DNA of 64,000 bases from NCBI RefSeq assembly GCF_006345805.1, contig NC_043003.1, positions 43,090,001-43,154,000 of the forward strand. The letters run 5' to 3'. Position numbers and translations under genes: made by a program. The stretch is from Octopus sinensis (Eukaryota). This document shows positions 14,390 through 27,608 of this stretch, piece after piece. Numbering within the stretch: position 1 is the first letter of the stretch; each line of letters begins with the position of its first letter. The notes below the pieces were generated by a model, which saw only the letters and a list, made by a program, of their open reading frames with translations, did not search any database and was not told the DNA's origin.

Positions 14390-16017
14390 CAGTAGACCTA
14401 TTTTTTCATGAGCATTCACTGCACTACCGAGTGCAGCTCTGTGTGCCTCGAGTATGTCCCGTGGTTTGTTATGGTGCTCTTATTTTCACTGTACTGAAAG
14501 TTTTTTTACCTACGATGTGCGCGTTGCCTAGTAATGCTATTTTCTCTATATCATATATACTTGCAAGTCCTGGTGTTTTTGTCATGTATTTCATTTTTTT
14601 ATCGTACCTAATGCACCTATTATGATAGGAATTGTTTCTGATTTTAGGCTCCACATTCGAGTTACCTTTATTGCCAAAACTTTGTATTTTGGAAGTTGTA
14701 CCCTTTCTTTTAGAGAAACATTGTCATATATTGGTATTGATACATCGATCAGAGAGCATTTATTTCTTGGTGATCTCTGACAACTGTATCCAGTCTATTG
14801 GCCTTACTTTCTCTATGTGTGTGTATTGGCACATCCCAGAGTGTGTTTGCTTTCTCATTTTCTGTGACCTTTCCAGGTGTGTGCCGTTTCCATCTTTTTC
14901 TGTAGTTATTCCATAGTGTTGGCATAGCTTCTAGTGTATATATGTCCCAACTCTGTCATGTCTGTGAATATATTCCTTCCTAGACAGGACTTGGCAGCTA
15001 GACACAATATGATTTATTCATTCTACGTCATCATATATTCTGCAGTTACTTGTATCTATTTTCATTACGTGTTTTTGGTGACTTTGATCTTGTGCTGCAA
15101 TTAAAAGTCCTTCAGTCTATGGTTCGAGTCCTGAGTTTCTCAGCCACAGTTGGGATTTTCCTTTGTCTATTTCTTTGCTGTTTAGTTTGATATTTGCCTT
15201 GAAGGGGCTTTTCTTGCCATTGTTTTATCATTAGCCGTTGCTGTTCCAGGTTTAGTGTGCATTTCAGTTGTTTTACAGCTTTCGTTTCTTCATAGCTGTT
15301 AGCCACTATATCACTTCCGTTTTGTAATTGTCACCTTCCTTAAAGCCCGAAAACAGCTTTTTGTTTTCTTCGTGTTTTGTGGCTATTTGTATTAGTTTTC
15401 CTCGCTTCTGAAGTAGATTTTTCTATAGTCCTATAGTCCATTTTTGATACATTGTATATATTGTCTTTCTATTTCAGATTTTGGGTGGTGCATCCTAACT
15501 CTTATCATTACTTTTCTTGTTTTCCTGTCTATTTTGAGTACTTTATTTAGAGTCCAATTAAGAATATTGTAGCTGTAACTTATAACTAGGACGGCTACAG
15601 TGTTGATACCTATTATCTTGTATTTCGCATTGAACTCTGTTTTCAGTACTAATCTAACTCGTCTATAATATTCCTTTCTTTATTTTGTGTGTTATATCGT
15701 ATCAAGTTCATTGATTCCTAAGTGTTTGAACATCTACCTTTGGTCTAATTCCCTTATTTCATTTGTTTACTTAATGTGCTGTTGCTACATTTAACTAGTT
15801 TCCCTCTTTTCAAGATTGCTTCGGCACATTTTTCTAAGCCAAATTTAATCTTTATTTCTTTGGTAAATCCTTATATGGTCTGTAGTCATGTTTCCAGCTC
15901 TTTATCATTTGTAGCGTACAGTTTTAAAACACCCATATATAAAAGATAGTTGATTGGTTTGCCTTAACAGTTGTATCTACATACACTTCTGTTTAACATG
16001 TCAGATAAATGTGTGAG
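14390..16017 (-). mobile_element. 5'-truncated, decayed R4/Dong-clade LINE (RT C-terminus, CCHC region, RLE)
   Basis: INYLLYMGVLKLYA...FGLEKCA (decayed YMDD region), WQEKPLQGKY, and an RLE segment homologous to 13537-14019. It has the same 3' junction CTACTGAATAATAA. Confidence 0.9.
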
Positions 16018-16019
16018 TA

Positions 16020-16070
<51 letters not shown>

Positions 16071-16097
16071 GATATTATTATTATTATTATTATTATT

Positions 16098-16222
16098 TTT
16101 CTTCTTCTTTCAAATTTGCTTCCATTTCTTGCCGAGTGTCTTCCCGACTCCTAGGGCAAAGAAACTCATAGTATACATTGGTAGGCCATTAAACCAAACT
16201 CAGTAGTTCGTTCATTTTTTTA
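16098..16222 (-). mobile_element. 3'-UTR-only fragment of another Dong-like family
   Basis: Non-repetitive 125-bp island in (TAA)n. The minus strand has CCCTAGG...CTCGGC like the 3' UTRs of the neighbouring copies and ends in AAAATAATAA. Confidence 0.5.
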
Positions 16223-16258
16223 TTTTATTATTATTATTATTATTATTATCATTATTGA

Positions 16259-16299
<41 letters not shown>

Positions 16300-16305
16300 T
16301 ATTGA

Positions 16306-16362
<57 letters not shown>

Positions 16363-16363
<1 letters not shown>

Positions 16364-16546
16364 TTACTCTTTTACTATTTTACTTGTTTCAGTCATTTGA
16401 GTGTGGTCATGCTGGAGCACCGCTTTTAGTCGAGCAAATCGACCCCAGGATTTATTCTTTGTAAACCCAGTACTTAGTCTAGCGGTCTCATTTGAAGACC
16501 GCTAAGTTACTGGGACTTAAAGACACCAACATCTGTTGTCAAGCGA
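16363..16546 (-). mobile_element. SINE family A, 3' half
   Basis: TTTACTTGTTTCAGTCATTTGA...GCTAAGTTAC...TGTTGTCAAGCGAT. Confidence 0.85.
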
Positions 16547-17020
16547 TAAAGAGAGTGATGTCTTAAAGAAAATAAATACGAAGAGAATTAATTAAAGATT
16601 AGTAAACAGAACGCCGCACACACAAAAATAAAGAATTTAAGAGATATAAAGCTAGACAAGAGATTGAATCAGAGGGAAATAGCAACCGAGAGAAACCAAA
16701 ACTGAGAAGTGTGAGAAACCATAACGTGTAAGATGAATTATAAAGTAGTAACACGATACACTCCTGAAACAGAGGTAGAGACGGTAGTAAACGCGGGAGA
16801 TGTGCATTAGAGTACAAGGAAGGTAGAGAGAAGAGTAAGAAGAAAAATAATCGTGTATGATCTGAAGAAAAATAGAGATGTAAATATTAGAATGAAAGAA
16901 ATCTAAAGAAATATAGATGAAAATCGAGTGAGAAGAAGAATGACAGAAAATATTAGTAGAGCGAGAGAGAGAGAGAGAGAAAGAGATAGATGCATCGGTT
17001 ATAATTCATTCATATTCTGT

Positions 17021-17205
17021 CACCAGGCCAGCAGTTTCGGCGTGAGGAGTTAGTCAATTATATCGACCCTAGTGCTTGAATAGTACTTACTTTATTGATC
17101 TGGAAGGGATGAAATGTAAAGTTGATCTCAGAATGAAAATGGCCAAATGAAACGCCGCTAAGCATTTTGCCCAATGCTCTAACAATTGCACCAACTCCCT
17201 CCCTT
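17021..17205 (-). mobile_element. SINE family B monomer, diverged
   Basis: ATCGACCCTAGTGC...GGGATGAAATGTAAAGTTGA...CCGCTAAGCATTTTGCCC homology to the array unit. Confidence 0.7.
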
Positions 17206-18494
17206 GTGAAATACATATAATGAGAATGAGACGCTTAGAGCTAGAGGGGTAAACGCTTTTTGGCTGTGAGAGAAATAACAGCAGTAATGTGTCGAGAAAG
17301 GGAGGGATACATAGCTAAGGAATGGAGTGAAGGAGAGAGGTAGATAGATACATAACGATAAGGGAGTAGGGAGTTAAAATGGTACACTGAGAAATAAAAT
17401 GTATATTAGCCTTACGATATAAATAGAATATGTCCAAATATTTGGTCCACCTTTGCACAGAACGTGTGTAGGTGCATGGGCTAGTGTTTAGGGTGTTGGG
17501 TTGAAAATTTGTTGGCCATATGCTTAATCACTCACAGTCCTCTCCAGTAAGCATGGCCGTCAGTGCGTGTTTGGAAATTGCCCATTCTACAGATTAGCGT
17601 TCTCTTCAAATGGTATGATATACTTTCAAACTATATGTCTTGAAAAATGCAGATGAACGTCGGCTTCAAGAACATGTATCGTCGTGAAACATACTAAACG
17701 TGCCAACCAATACGAGTATGCTGACGTAAATATTAATTCATTTTAATACGCCAATACCTCATCTTTATGAGAAGAGTGTGGTTGTTAAAATCGTTATATC
17801 GTTAATATGCAGATGGAATGTGAAATCTGAACGCCACGGGATAACAAAACATAATTTGTCTCATGGTCCTCCGATATTGTTAGTCTGTAGCAGTTGTTTA
17901 GATATTAAAGAGGCCGAGAACTAAGGCATACGAAAGAGGGAGAGGACAGATAGTATACTAAGGAAAGGAATGGGGAATTGAGAGGAAGGGAGGAATTGAG
18001 ATTGGGTGTTAAAGAGTGAGAGAATGAGTAAAAGCGAAAGACAGAGAAAGAAAGAGAGAGAGACAGAGAGAGAGTAAGAGAGAGAAAGAGAGAAATTTAT
18101 TCTTCTGTTGGATTGAGAAGGAAAACATAACTAAAATGAGTGACGTGGATATATTAGAAGTTCCTGTATTAAAGCAAGACCAAAAGAAGTGAAGAATTAA
18201 TTTTAAAAAGCGAATAAATGAAAACTTTGTGAAATACGCTAATTTTTTTAGAGATATTGTAGAATATTTATATGTACTATTTTAATGTTAAAAGCAAAAG
18301 ACGTAATAGTAATTGAAGAGAATGAATTTTATTCGATATACTGCCCATAAAAAGCACTTAATCATGAATATTAGAATACACTGAAACGAAAAGTAACTAG
18401 TCAGTATCCAATCGATGTATTTGAAAGCTTATCCACAAACAAACATCTACCTACCTATCGATCAAACTGTCTATCTATATGTATATATATATAC

Positions 18495-18708
18495 ATTCAA
18501 TATGTGACCGCGTGTGTATCGTTGGCGATTTGTTTCCTCCGTCTTCCCTGCTTGGATCTTTCCTTTTTCTATGTTTCTGACGAAGAGCTCCGCTCGAAAC
18601 GTTAAATCCTCCTGCTTTCTTTCCTTTCCTGAGCATTCAATAGCACTATACTTGTTCCACGTCCTAGCGTTGTTGTGTTTTCTGTTTGTGTTTTCATTTT
18701 TGGATTAA
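18495..18708 (+). mobile_element. Solo PLE-like pseudo-LTR / interspersed repeat carrying a minimal hammerhead
   Basis: Pyrimidine-rich element between TA tracts containing the hammerhead motif listed next. PLE origin is inferred from the ribozyme type; no ORF is attached. Confidence 0.5.
18573..18607 (+). ncRNA. Minimal type I hammerhead ribozyme motif
   Basis: GTTT-CTGACGA-A-GAGC-TCC-GCTC-GAAA-CG-T-T-AAAT: intact CUGANGA and GAAA boxes, 4-bp stem II, palindromic ACGU stem III, stem I GUUU/AAAU. Confidence 0.7.
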
Positions 18709-18709
18709 C

Positions 18710-18764
<55 letters not shown>

Positions 18765-19125
18765 GCAGACATACAAATACACATATTGACAGATAGATGG
18801 ATAAATAGATAGATAGATAGATATATACATACTTACATATATACACGCATAAACACAAACAAAAATGTATATATACATGCACGCACATGTACACTTTCGC
18901 ATGTGTCTTTTGTACCCTTTTATAATTATTGGTACACTTTATTCTACTGTTTTTATAAAGTTTCTGTGCACGTAATTTGACGCACAAATTATGGGGGTCG
19001 ACCGGCAAGTAAGAGTGACATTTGGCCAAAATATCCCTGGAGAGGGAACGAATCTGAAACACCACGATCGCAATATGAAATTCTTAATCATTAGGCTATA
19101 TTCGCACCTTTCTATCTATTTAGTC

Positions 19126-19211
<86 letters not shown>

Positions 19212-19275
19212 ATAACATTCTAGATATTTATTTATTTTACTTTCTTTCTTTCTTCCTTTCTATCTATCTATCTAC

Positions 19276-19345
<70 letters not shown>
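19126..19345. repeat. (TATC)n tetranucleotide arrays
   Basis: Read directly; two tracts. Confidence 0.95.
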
Positions 19346-19346
<1 letters not shown>

Positions 19347-20294
19347 GCTATCTATCTTTCTTTCTTTCTTTCTATACATACATACACACACAAGCAATTG
19401 GTGAGATGGCGTTATCAGAAACATACTATAGATTAAAGCCTTATTAGTCTTGTCCAGATTCTTAAGAACCATCCTCTCAATCAGAGTAGAAATTATTCGG
19501 GGGAACAAAACTAGATTATAAGAAATGTATTGCAACAGCTTATGATAAAGAAATGAAAGACGGACAAATACATATATGACATTATAATATTTATATTACT
19601 TTTAAATGATGTTTCGTAAACGTAACCATGCTTATAATTTTAGAAGAATAAATGTTATTAAAATCTTTTCAGCTGTTCCAAAAATCAGCAATTTGTTGAT
19701 GTCAGAATTGCTAATAAGCAAATAGGTGGGGAGATTGATGCAATAAGACACATAGAACAGTTAGAAATTGTTATGGACAAAATAGTAAGCAAGAAGTATT
19801 AATGTGATCAAGTTGGACGAGTTCAAGCCAATTTCTTCTTGAGAGAAATTGAAGATTGCGAATTATACATCAGTTCACCTGTACATAAGAGCACACAAAT
19901 ATCAATAAAATGACGGAGGAAGAGTGGAACAAGTGATTATGAGGTAAGAAACAAAATGTACGGGAAGGAAGGCTGTGAGTTGAAATTTGAAGTATTATAT
20001 TTTTTCCAGAGATATGTCTTTAGTTATGCCTTAATATATGACGGTATTCATGTCGTAATTCAGTTTCTACTAACTTCTGCTGTCTATAACATAATGCAAA
20101 AATTTCTCATCTATTTATTACCCTTTATGACAGATTTCTCTCAGCCTTTCTCCAGGTAAGTCCGTTCATAACTACGGTTGATTGATTGATTCTAGTTTCA
20201 GCTTATGAGCTGTGGCCATGCTGGGGCACCGCCATTTTGTCGTTACAAATTTTGTCTAGCAACGAAGCAATATTTAAATTTTTTTAAATTTTTA

Positions 20295-20526
20295 GGTGGG
20301 GAGCTGGCAGACACGTTAGCACGCCGGGCGAAATGCTTAACGGTATTTCGTCTGTCGCTACGTTCTAAGTTCAAATTCCGCCGTGGACGACTTTGCCTTT
20401 CATCCTTTCGGGGTCGATAAATAAAGTACCAGTTTCGCACTGGGGTCGATGTAATCGATTTAATCCCTTTGTCTGTCCTTGTTTGTCCCCTCTATGTTTA
20501 ACCTCTTGTGGGTAGTAAAGAAATAA
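20295..20526 (+). mobile_element. SINE family B monomer with tail 1
   Basis: GAGCTGGCAGACACGTTAGCACGCCGGGCGAAATGC head, GTTCAAATTCC B-box-like motif, GCCTTTCATCCTTTCGGGGTCGATAAA core, tail ...GTGGGTAGTAAAGAAATA. Confidence 0.9.
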
Positions 20527-20737
20527 ATATTTAAAATTTTTACTTTCCCAAAACTTTTAAGCGAAAAATATCCAATAGACCTCCACATAACTCTTGGTCC
20601 TAAGTTCAGCCTTGTCTCTTCATATTACCTTGATCCTACATGATTGCACCTACAGGATACAAGAGACTGAGGACAGGTTAACTATGTACGCGATTGATTT
20701 TTAGGTAGTATGTCTTAATAGAGCAAGAAGAAATAAA

Positions 20738-21532
20738 GGAAACGGAAGGGTTTATCATAGCAGCCCAAGATCAATGCCTACCTACAAGGAACTACTAGGC
20801 CAACATATTAAAGAACGGCAGCTTCCCAACATGTCGTGTATGTCAAGAACAAAATGAAACCATTGACCATGTTGTCTCCATGTGCAATCTTCTTGCGCCT
20901 ACAGAGTATCTCAACAAGCATGATAGAGCTGCACAATATATTCACTGGGTAATTTGCAAAAACCTGTACTTTTCCCATGATAAAAATTGGTGGGAATACA
21001 AACCACCTTGAGTGCTTGAAAATGATGACATCTCACTCATCTGGCACTTCACCATTCAAACCGACAGAAAGATAGATGCAAATATGTCAGAGTTACCTGT
21101 CAAGACTTACCAAAGGCTGAGCAAGTATAAAGATCTTGAAATGGAAATCAGCAAAACATGAAACCTGAAGACTAAAACAATACCTGTTGTCATATGTGCT
21201 TCAGGAATGACAGGAAAAGGGGCTGATTGTTACCTAGCTCAGATACAGGGAACCCCAAAACGGCAGAAATTCAAAAGATAGTGCTCATGGGAACTACCCA
21301 TATTCTACGTAATATTCTGTCTATGTAATCTTAAATTTTAAAGGAAACACAATTTTCTTTTGGTTTCTTAAACATTTTCTAGAACAACACTATGCACAAA
21401 ACCAAATATATGACACCCCAGGCATAACACCATCATGAAAACCTAGCTTGTTGCCTCTAGAGGTCTCTGGGTGAGACTTGGAGCTAACTTGTACAAATGC
21501 AAATCGAAAGTCAAACATAAAATAATAATAAT
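20738..21532 (+). mobile_element. Decayed R4/Dong-clade LINE 3' end (second family)
   Basis: ETEGFIIAAQDQCLPTRNY...CRVCQEQNETIDHVVSMC (CCHC)...HDRAAQYIHW...IQTDRKIDAN...SKYKDLEMEISK...QKIVLMGTTHILR with stops and an internal deletion; ends in (AAT)4. Confidence 0.9.
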
Positions 21533-22386
21533 ATTAAATCGTTTATAAATCTATCGTTATATTGCAGTTAACTATTTGGCATATTTCTCGTCAAATGTAT
21601 TTAACTAGGTCAATTATAAGCTCAACGACTTAATGCTTGGAGTTCATCTATCGCAGGCGAACGAAACTCTTCTGGCTAATGTTAAAGTCAAATTGGAAGT
21701 TTCAATTTTGAAGTAAACTGTAACAACATTTTTTACTTTAGATACAATGGGAGGAATATAGCCGATTAAATCTACCTCAGTTCGCGTCTCGTAGTTTCTT
21801 TTTTTATTGAAGCTCTAAAGACGAAAGAGACTGTTTTATCATTGAAGGGTTTTGAACTCAGTACATGAAGAGAAATTGCTAAATACCACAAAACATTTAT
21901 CGGATGGGGTACTGGAGATTTGCTCTGCAAATATCCATCTTAACAACAGCTATAATGAAAGAACCAAAGATAACTACAGTAGCGCCATCATCAAATAAGA
22001 TCAACAGCTAAAAAACACAAGGACATTTGATTTGAAAACAAATTATATGCTTTTTATATCTATTGCTTGTTTGATGACAAACAATAGATAAAAAAAAAAC
22101 AGATGAAATAATGCAATTTGATAAGACGTTAACCATGCATGAAATAATATTGATTTCTTACACAAGCACAAGGCCATATATTTTAGTAGGCGATTAAATC
22201 AATCTCAGTTGTTGATTGATGATTTATATTTTGTGTGATTGTTGTTATTTTTGTTTTTGATGTTTAGCACCAGACAAAGCATAATGTTGCAGTCGAAAGA
22301 CCATAGGTATTTAAAGTGCACGTAGTAATAATGTTAGGGATATATCAAGCATTAGAATTTATTCAAAATAATCTCTTCTCATTTGT

Positions 22387-22715
22387 GGGCGCAACATGGC
22401 CGAATAGTTAAAGGTTTTCTTCGAAATGTTAAGCTTCGATAATAATATAAAGTATCATGGGCAAGATTCTTTTTACAACTGCTTGGTCTCATCCCGAGGT
22501 TTTTGAATGAAATTGTAAATAGAACAGAAGCCTATCGTGTGGATTGTAGTTTTAATTTAAATGGACAAGCTGGTTACACAGTGTATCACATTGATTGTGC
22601 TGGATATTAAATTACATTAGGGGTGTATATGTCCGTTTAATGCTCCGCTGTTTACGAAGGAATTCAAAGAGTTAATAACTGAACCGATGAATCCAATTAA
22701 TGCTTTGACAGGAAC
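22387..22715 (+). mobile_element. Highly diverged tRNA-derived SINE
   Basis: GGGCGCAACATGGCCGAATAGTTAAGG head; 3' part resembles the reverse complement of 2625-2800. Confidence 0.5.
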
Positions 22716-23251
22716 CCAATTAATGCTTTGCATGTAATTGTAAGATATTGTATGAGAGGTGACTGATTGTTATTTCTACCTGGTGACACGATCGCATTGT
22801 AGCGCATTCTATGTGTTTCCTAATTTTTACTCTTGGTTTAGCTTCAGTTCCACCCTAAACAAACAATTTTAAAGTCAAACGTTTTAACGATGTGACAACC
22901 ACATTCTTTTTGTTACACTCTATATCTAAAACTACTGTATATTATTTTTGGAGATGATGAATGTAAGATATAGCATGAACGTTGTAACAGCAGCATACAA
23001 TAATGGTCTTCCTTCGTCGACTGCATAGGCTATAGAATTGAAAGTACAGAGGAATTTCGAAGTAACTACTTATTATCATTGTTATTTCTGTATTTTAATT
23101 ATTTTAGATTATTCCATTGTACATTCCTCTAATAGATTCAACAGTGTACGCTGACGCACGCATACTGACGGATACATAAGCACGCACAGACAAATGGACG
23201 CGCACACACAAGTATATATACATATATATATATATATATATACATATATAT

Positions 23252-23286
<35 letters not shown>

Positions 23287-23322
23287 TATATATATATATA
23301 TATATAAGTATATATACATATT

Positions 23323-23370
<48 letters not shown>

Positions 23371-23409
23371 ATATATATATAAGTATATATATATAAGTAT
23401 ACATACATA

Positions 23410-23447
<38 letters not shown>

Positions 23448-23985
23448 CACATTTATATATGTAAATATATGTATGTATATATATTTGTATATATATATAT
23501 ATATGTACAAGTTTGAGTTTGTGTTAGCAGCTACAGGATGTTTTTTAGTTCCCGACACTCAGTCATTGGACGCCTAATGAAAGGGAAACAGAAATTCAGT
23601 TTAGCGACGTGAATCAACTTATCATTGAATAACTGATATCTTAAACCACCTACATTCTTATGCTTATTGAACTGCAGGTTGTTAATTAAATGCATACGTA
23701 CCCCACTATATATATATATCTGTCTACGCATGCATATATAAATTTGTGTGTGTAAGTGTTTGTGTGAATGATACGCATCTATATATGCTGATATATATGC
23801 CTCTGCCTTGTGTGCGTGTTTAGGTACACATAGATTTACAAAATATCCTTCATTCATATATTTATGATTCACTGCATGAATGTAAATACATATGGCCATA
23901 TAAATGCCGACGGTAACAAGCTTAGTTTTCAATATACTCGCACACACACATTTGTATGTCTATGGGTCAATATATGTATGTATAT

Positions 23986-24036
<51 letters not shown>

Positions 24037-24547
24037 ACATATATATATATATGTATGTATATATATGTATATATATATATACATGTATATATATATATAC
24101 ATGTATATATATATATATGTATATACATATACATATATATATATATATATGCATATATATACACACATATGTATATATATATATATATATATATACATGC
24201 ACATATGCATACATATATATGTATATATATACATGTCTATATAGACACACACATACACGCGCAAGTATATATATGTATAGGTTAATGTTGGACTAAGTAG
24301 CGTACCTCGCGTATTGTGTAATAAAATTTATATATAAATAAATAATTTTATATATAAGCAAATAAAATTTACACCAGTTTAATAAACATATAAATGTACT
24401 TCCTCTGGAACGCATATGGTAGTATCAGTATGGCTCAGTGATAAGAATGACATTAAAACTGCAGTTTTGAATTCATCTGATGAAATTTCACCTCGTTCCC
24501 ATTAACCCAACGTAAAATGTTCTTGAATAATCATACACGAGTTTATA

Positions 24548-24609
<62 letters not shown>

Positions 24610-24610
24610 T

Positions 24611-25590
24611 GTGTACAGGGTTCCCTTGTTAACAATTAACACGAAAAAAATATAGATAAATAGTTACCAGGGTAGCAAAATGTCACACAGTTAAAAAAAT
24701 TGTAACTCCTTGTTTGTAAAGGTAGAAACTCCGGGTTTACGTCAAATATGTTGTATAATATATATAAATAAGGAAATGGAATTAAACGCACGTGTTATTC
24801 AAATTCTTTTACTTCTGATACATGTCTCGAAGATATCCCTTGTATTATTCCAAAGGAATAAAATAGTGTAAAACAATGCAGTCTTCCCTTTAAGGAAGTA
24901 AAGAAATGAATCTCGTCAATAAGTGATTAACTGTTTTAAAAAATGTTAGAGGATATAACGTCAAAGGTAGTCTATAGAAAGAGGAGGGGGTTAAGGAAAG
25001 TAAAAACCAAATGAATGAGAAGTATATAACGATATGTAAATTAAATAAAACCCCATAGTCTTGGAAAAAGATATATCTAGTGAGTGTGAAATGTAAGAAG
25101 AAAATTAATGTTTAAATTATACATAATGGTAGATATCACGTATATGAACTAAAGGTAAGTTTCTGGCAATGTTTACATCGGTATGCACGCTCTATAACCG
25201 TGTTTACAAAGGCATCTTTAGAAAAAAGAATAAAAAACAGTTCAGAATTACAGATAAGACAGTATTCATCGTCTTTATCATATAGTATCGAAATTGAGAG
25301 AATCAACCAATCTACATTAAAGTGTTTATTGTGGTCTTTTAGATACCGAATTAATTTACTAATCCCTGTACTGTTACGTTTATTTCTATCTTTAAATATA
25401 GAGCAATGATTAGAAATTCTTTTAGATAACTGAGATGAACTGCTTATATAAAAAATCACTTCATTACCAGAAGTAATTTTACACTGGTAAATAGAATGTC
25501 TTAATTTTAGAGTTACTTGACATAAACTTAATTATGTCGTAATTGACTTCAGATACAATAACCTTGTTAATAACATTTCTAGTGGGATGG
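24611..25590 (-). mobile_element. Penelope-like element: GIY-YIG endonuclease C-terminus plus 3' pseudo-LTR
   Basis: IYQCKIT...FYISSS...KRISNH.S.FK..NKRNSTGISK.I..LKD.N..FNVDW.IL....YD.....CLICNSE.FFILF.....N......RCKH is the PLE GIY-YIG pattern. The downstream UTR is homologous to 63430-63880. Confidence 0.88.
24804..24905 (-). ncRNA. Degenerate hammerhead homolog in the PLE 3' UTR (core mutated)
   Basis: Stem I UUCUUUACUUC/GAAGUAAAAGAA and stem II GAAGA/UCUUC are kept, but the cores read CTTAAAG and GAGAC. Aligns with the intact motif at 63473-63573. Confidence 0.55.
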
Positions 25591-25611
25591 ATGACATTAG
25601 CTAAATTTATA

Positions 25612-25677
<66 letters not shown>

Positions 25678-25904
25678 TGTGTGTGTGTATGTGTGTGTGT
25701 GTGTGATATAGTAATTTCACACACACCTGTTTATAACACATTAGTAATTGCAAATATAATATATATATAAGCACAGAGACACACACTAAGAAAGACATAC
25801 GCACGCATACACATATACTTGCAAATATAAATAGTAAATATATGTATATTACATAGATACATGTATACATACGTAATTACATATGTACGCACATACATAC
25901 ATTA

Positions 25905-26450
25905 TGAAAGACCAAGACAGAAAACATCAGTCACGTTGTTACCAACTGTGAGAGAATTTCTTCCAGGTATTACACGTCCATGTGGCATGATATGGTACCC
26001 AGAACTGTCTGCAACAGGATTACCAAAACGAAAATATCTAGAAACGAAGTGGAACATATTGAGACCGATGGGCTAAAAGAATATTGGTGGAAATTAAAAA
26101 TTAAAGCATCCACCAATTTAAAACTGAAGCCGTCGTATATCGTTGCTTGGGATCAAAAATAAAAAGGGTTCCATTCCGAAAATCATCTGTCCTACGGACA
26201 CAAAATAGCTAGGAAAGTAAAAGAGAAGGAGGTCCATTGATAAGTAGTTTGCAAATCCAGCACTCGTGATACACTTTCAGCTTGAAACCTATTATTATTG
26301 GAGCTACAAGATAGATACCAACCCATCTGGAGCAGAGTTTGGCTGAACTTAGGAACTTTGAGAGAGATTGCAAATCCTTACGCTACAGAGGATCATGATT
26401 CATGATATCAGGGACCATAAATATCTCTATGAACTTCAGATCTAAAGGAT
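25905..26450 (+). mobile_element. Decayed RLE-type non-LTR retrotransposon 3' end (third lineage)
   Basis: ENISHVVTNCERISSRYY..MWHDMV...EYWW...IK....L...PSYIVAWD...ICPTD...KEKE..GPLI..LQ...PIIIGA with stops and frameshifts. Confidence 0.75.
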
Positions 26451-26639
26451 GATGCTTAAAACCAGATATTTTCCTTCACAATCATGCTGTAAGAAGATGG
26501 CCGATCAAAATTTATTCTAAATTAAAACAAAAATAGAAAGAACATACCTATCTATCTACATACATACACACACACATATATATACACGGGTATTCTGCAT
26601 AAGTTAAGAAACGTTGACGACTGAAAAAATATTTCATAG

Positions 26640-27235
26640 ACAGAAGTATAAGTTATCTCTCTATATATTCATCGATATATACAGCATTTCCCACTTAAAC
26701 AAAACTACTGGAAGATATTTTGTAGACGCTCAATAATTATGCTATACAGCTTCTTTCCCAATATAGATGATATTGTCACTCGTAAGCCTTACTTGGATCT
26801 CGTTCCCAGTTGTAACCACTAGACACTGAAACTTGTCACTAGATCAGGCCGCTTGATAGACTCAGACGTCTATGAGGCTGAAGTCACAGAAGTGCTTCAA
26901 GATGACGTAAATGAAAACAAAAATTACGTTAGTTGATGCGAAGGCACCTTGAGGGGCGTTGTACGAACAATTATCTTCTTTCCGAAACATCCATAAAAAT
27001 AAAGTTGGCTAGCCACCTATGGGGTCCGAACAGCATCTGCACGTTACATACAATGAAATTCAGAATCGTATACAACTCTATGCTATATGTAAATGTACCG
27101 AGGTAATGTAACTTATGCGAAGCTGAAAGATCGCACGCTGTTTTTTAGATCCAAGGATTCTACCACACTACTTAATCCCAGGTCCGAAATAATCAGTATA
27201 CGCAAGACTATGGAAAACTTCTCTCGTCAAATGAG
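26640..27235 (+). mobile_element. Decayed Penelope-like element (linker plus GIY-YIG)
   Basis: Across frameshifts: HFPLKQNYWKIFCRRSIIMLYSFFPNIDDIV, VYEAEVTE...KNYVS*CEGT, LASHLW, CNLCEAE, LLNPRSEIIS. Confidence 0.8.
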
Positions 27236-27550
27236 GGGGACACCACTCTCTGCAGTTTGATCTACTGTCTCGTCGGCTAGTGGACTCGTCACCGTTGAAT
27301 TACTCTACGATAACTAGATTAATTATAGTTTCTAAGTGGCCGTAACTATCAATTTTCTCCCTTCTTTTTCCACTTTTATCCACCCTATACCTTCTCATTC
27401 TAAATTTTGCATCAAACGTCTATTTCTTTTTTCTCGAGATGTTTCATGTACCAGCGTCCCGGTTTCCAAATACATATAACCATATGTCATGAGACTGAAT
27501 CATGTTTGGCGACACAGAGCAAGTTATATAAATCTGCTGATCCCCAGTGT

Positions 27551-27608
<58 letters not shown>

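Larger units (their letters stand above)
13486..16361. repeat. Interrupted (ATT)n/(TAA)n array hosting three R4/Dong-type insertions
   Basis: ATT tracts at about 13486-13536, 14020-14389, 16019-16097 and 16223-16361. Confidence 0.95.

Noticed and set aside
20010-20155. Plus-strand exon candidate (TTTTTCCAG ... CAG|GTAAGT, open frame)
   Set aside because: Isolated, with no partner exon or recognisable protein; cannot be distinguished from chance without RNA data.
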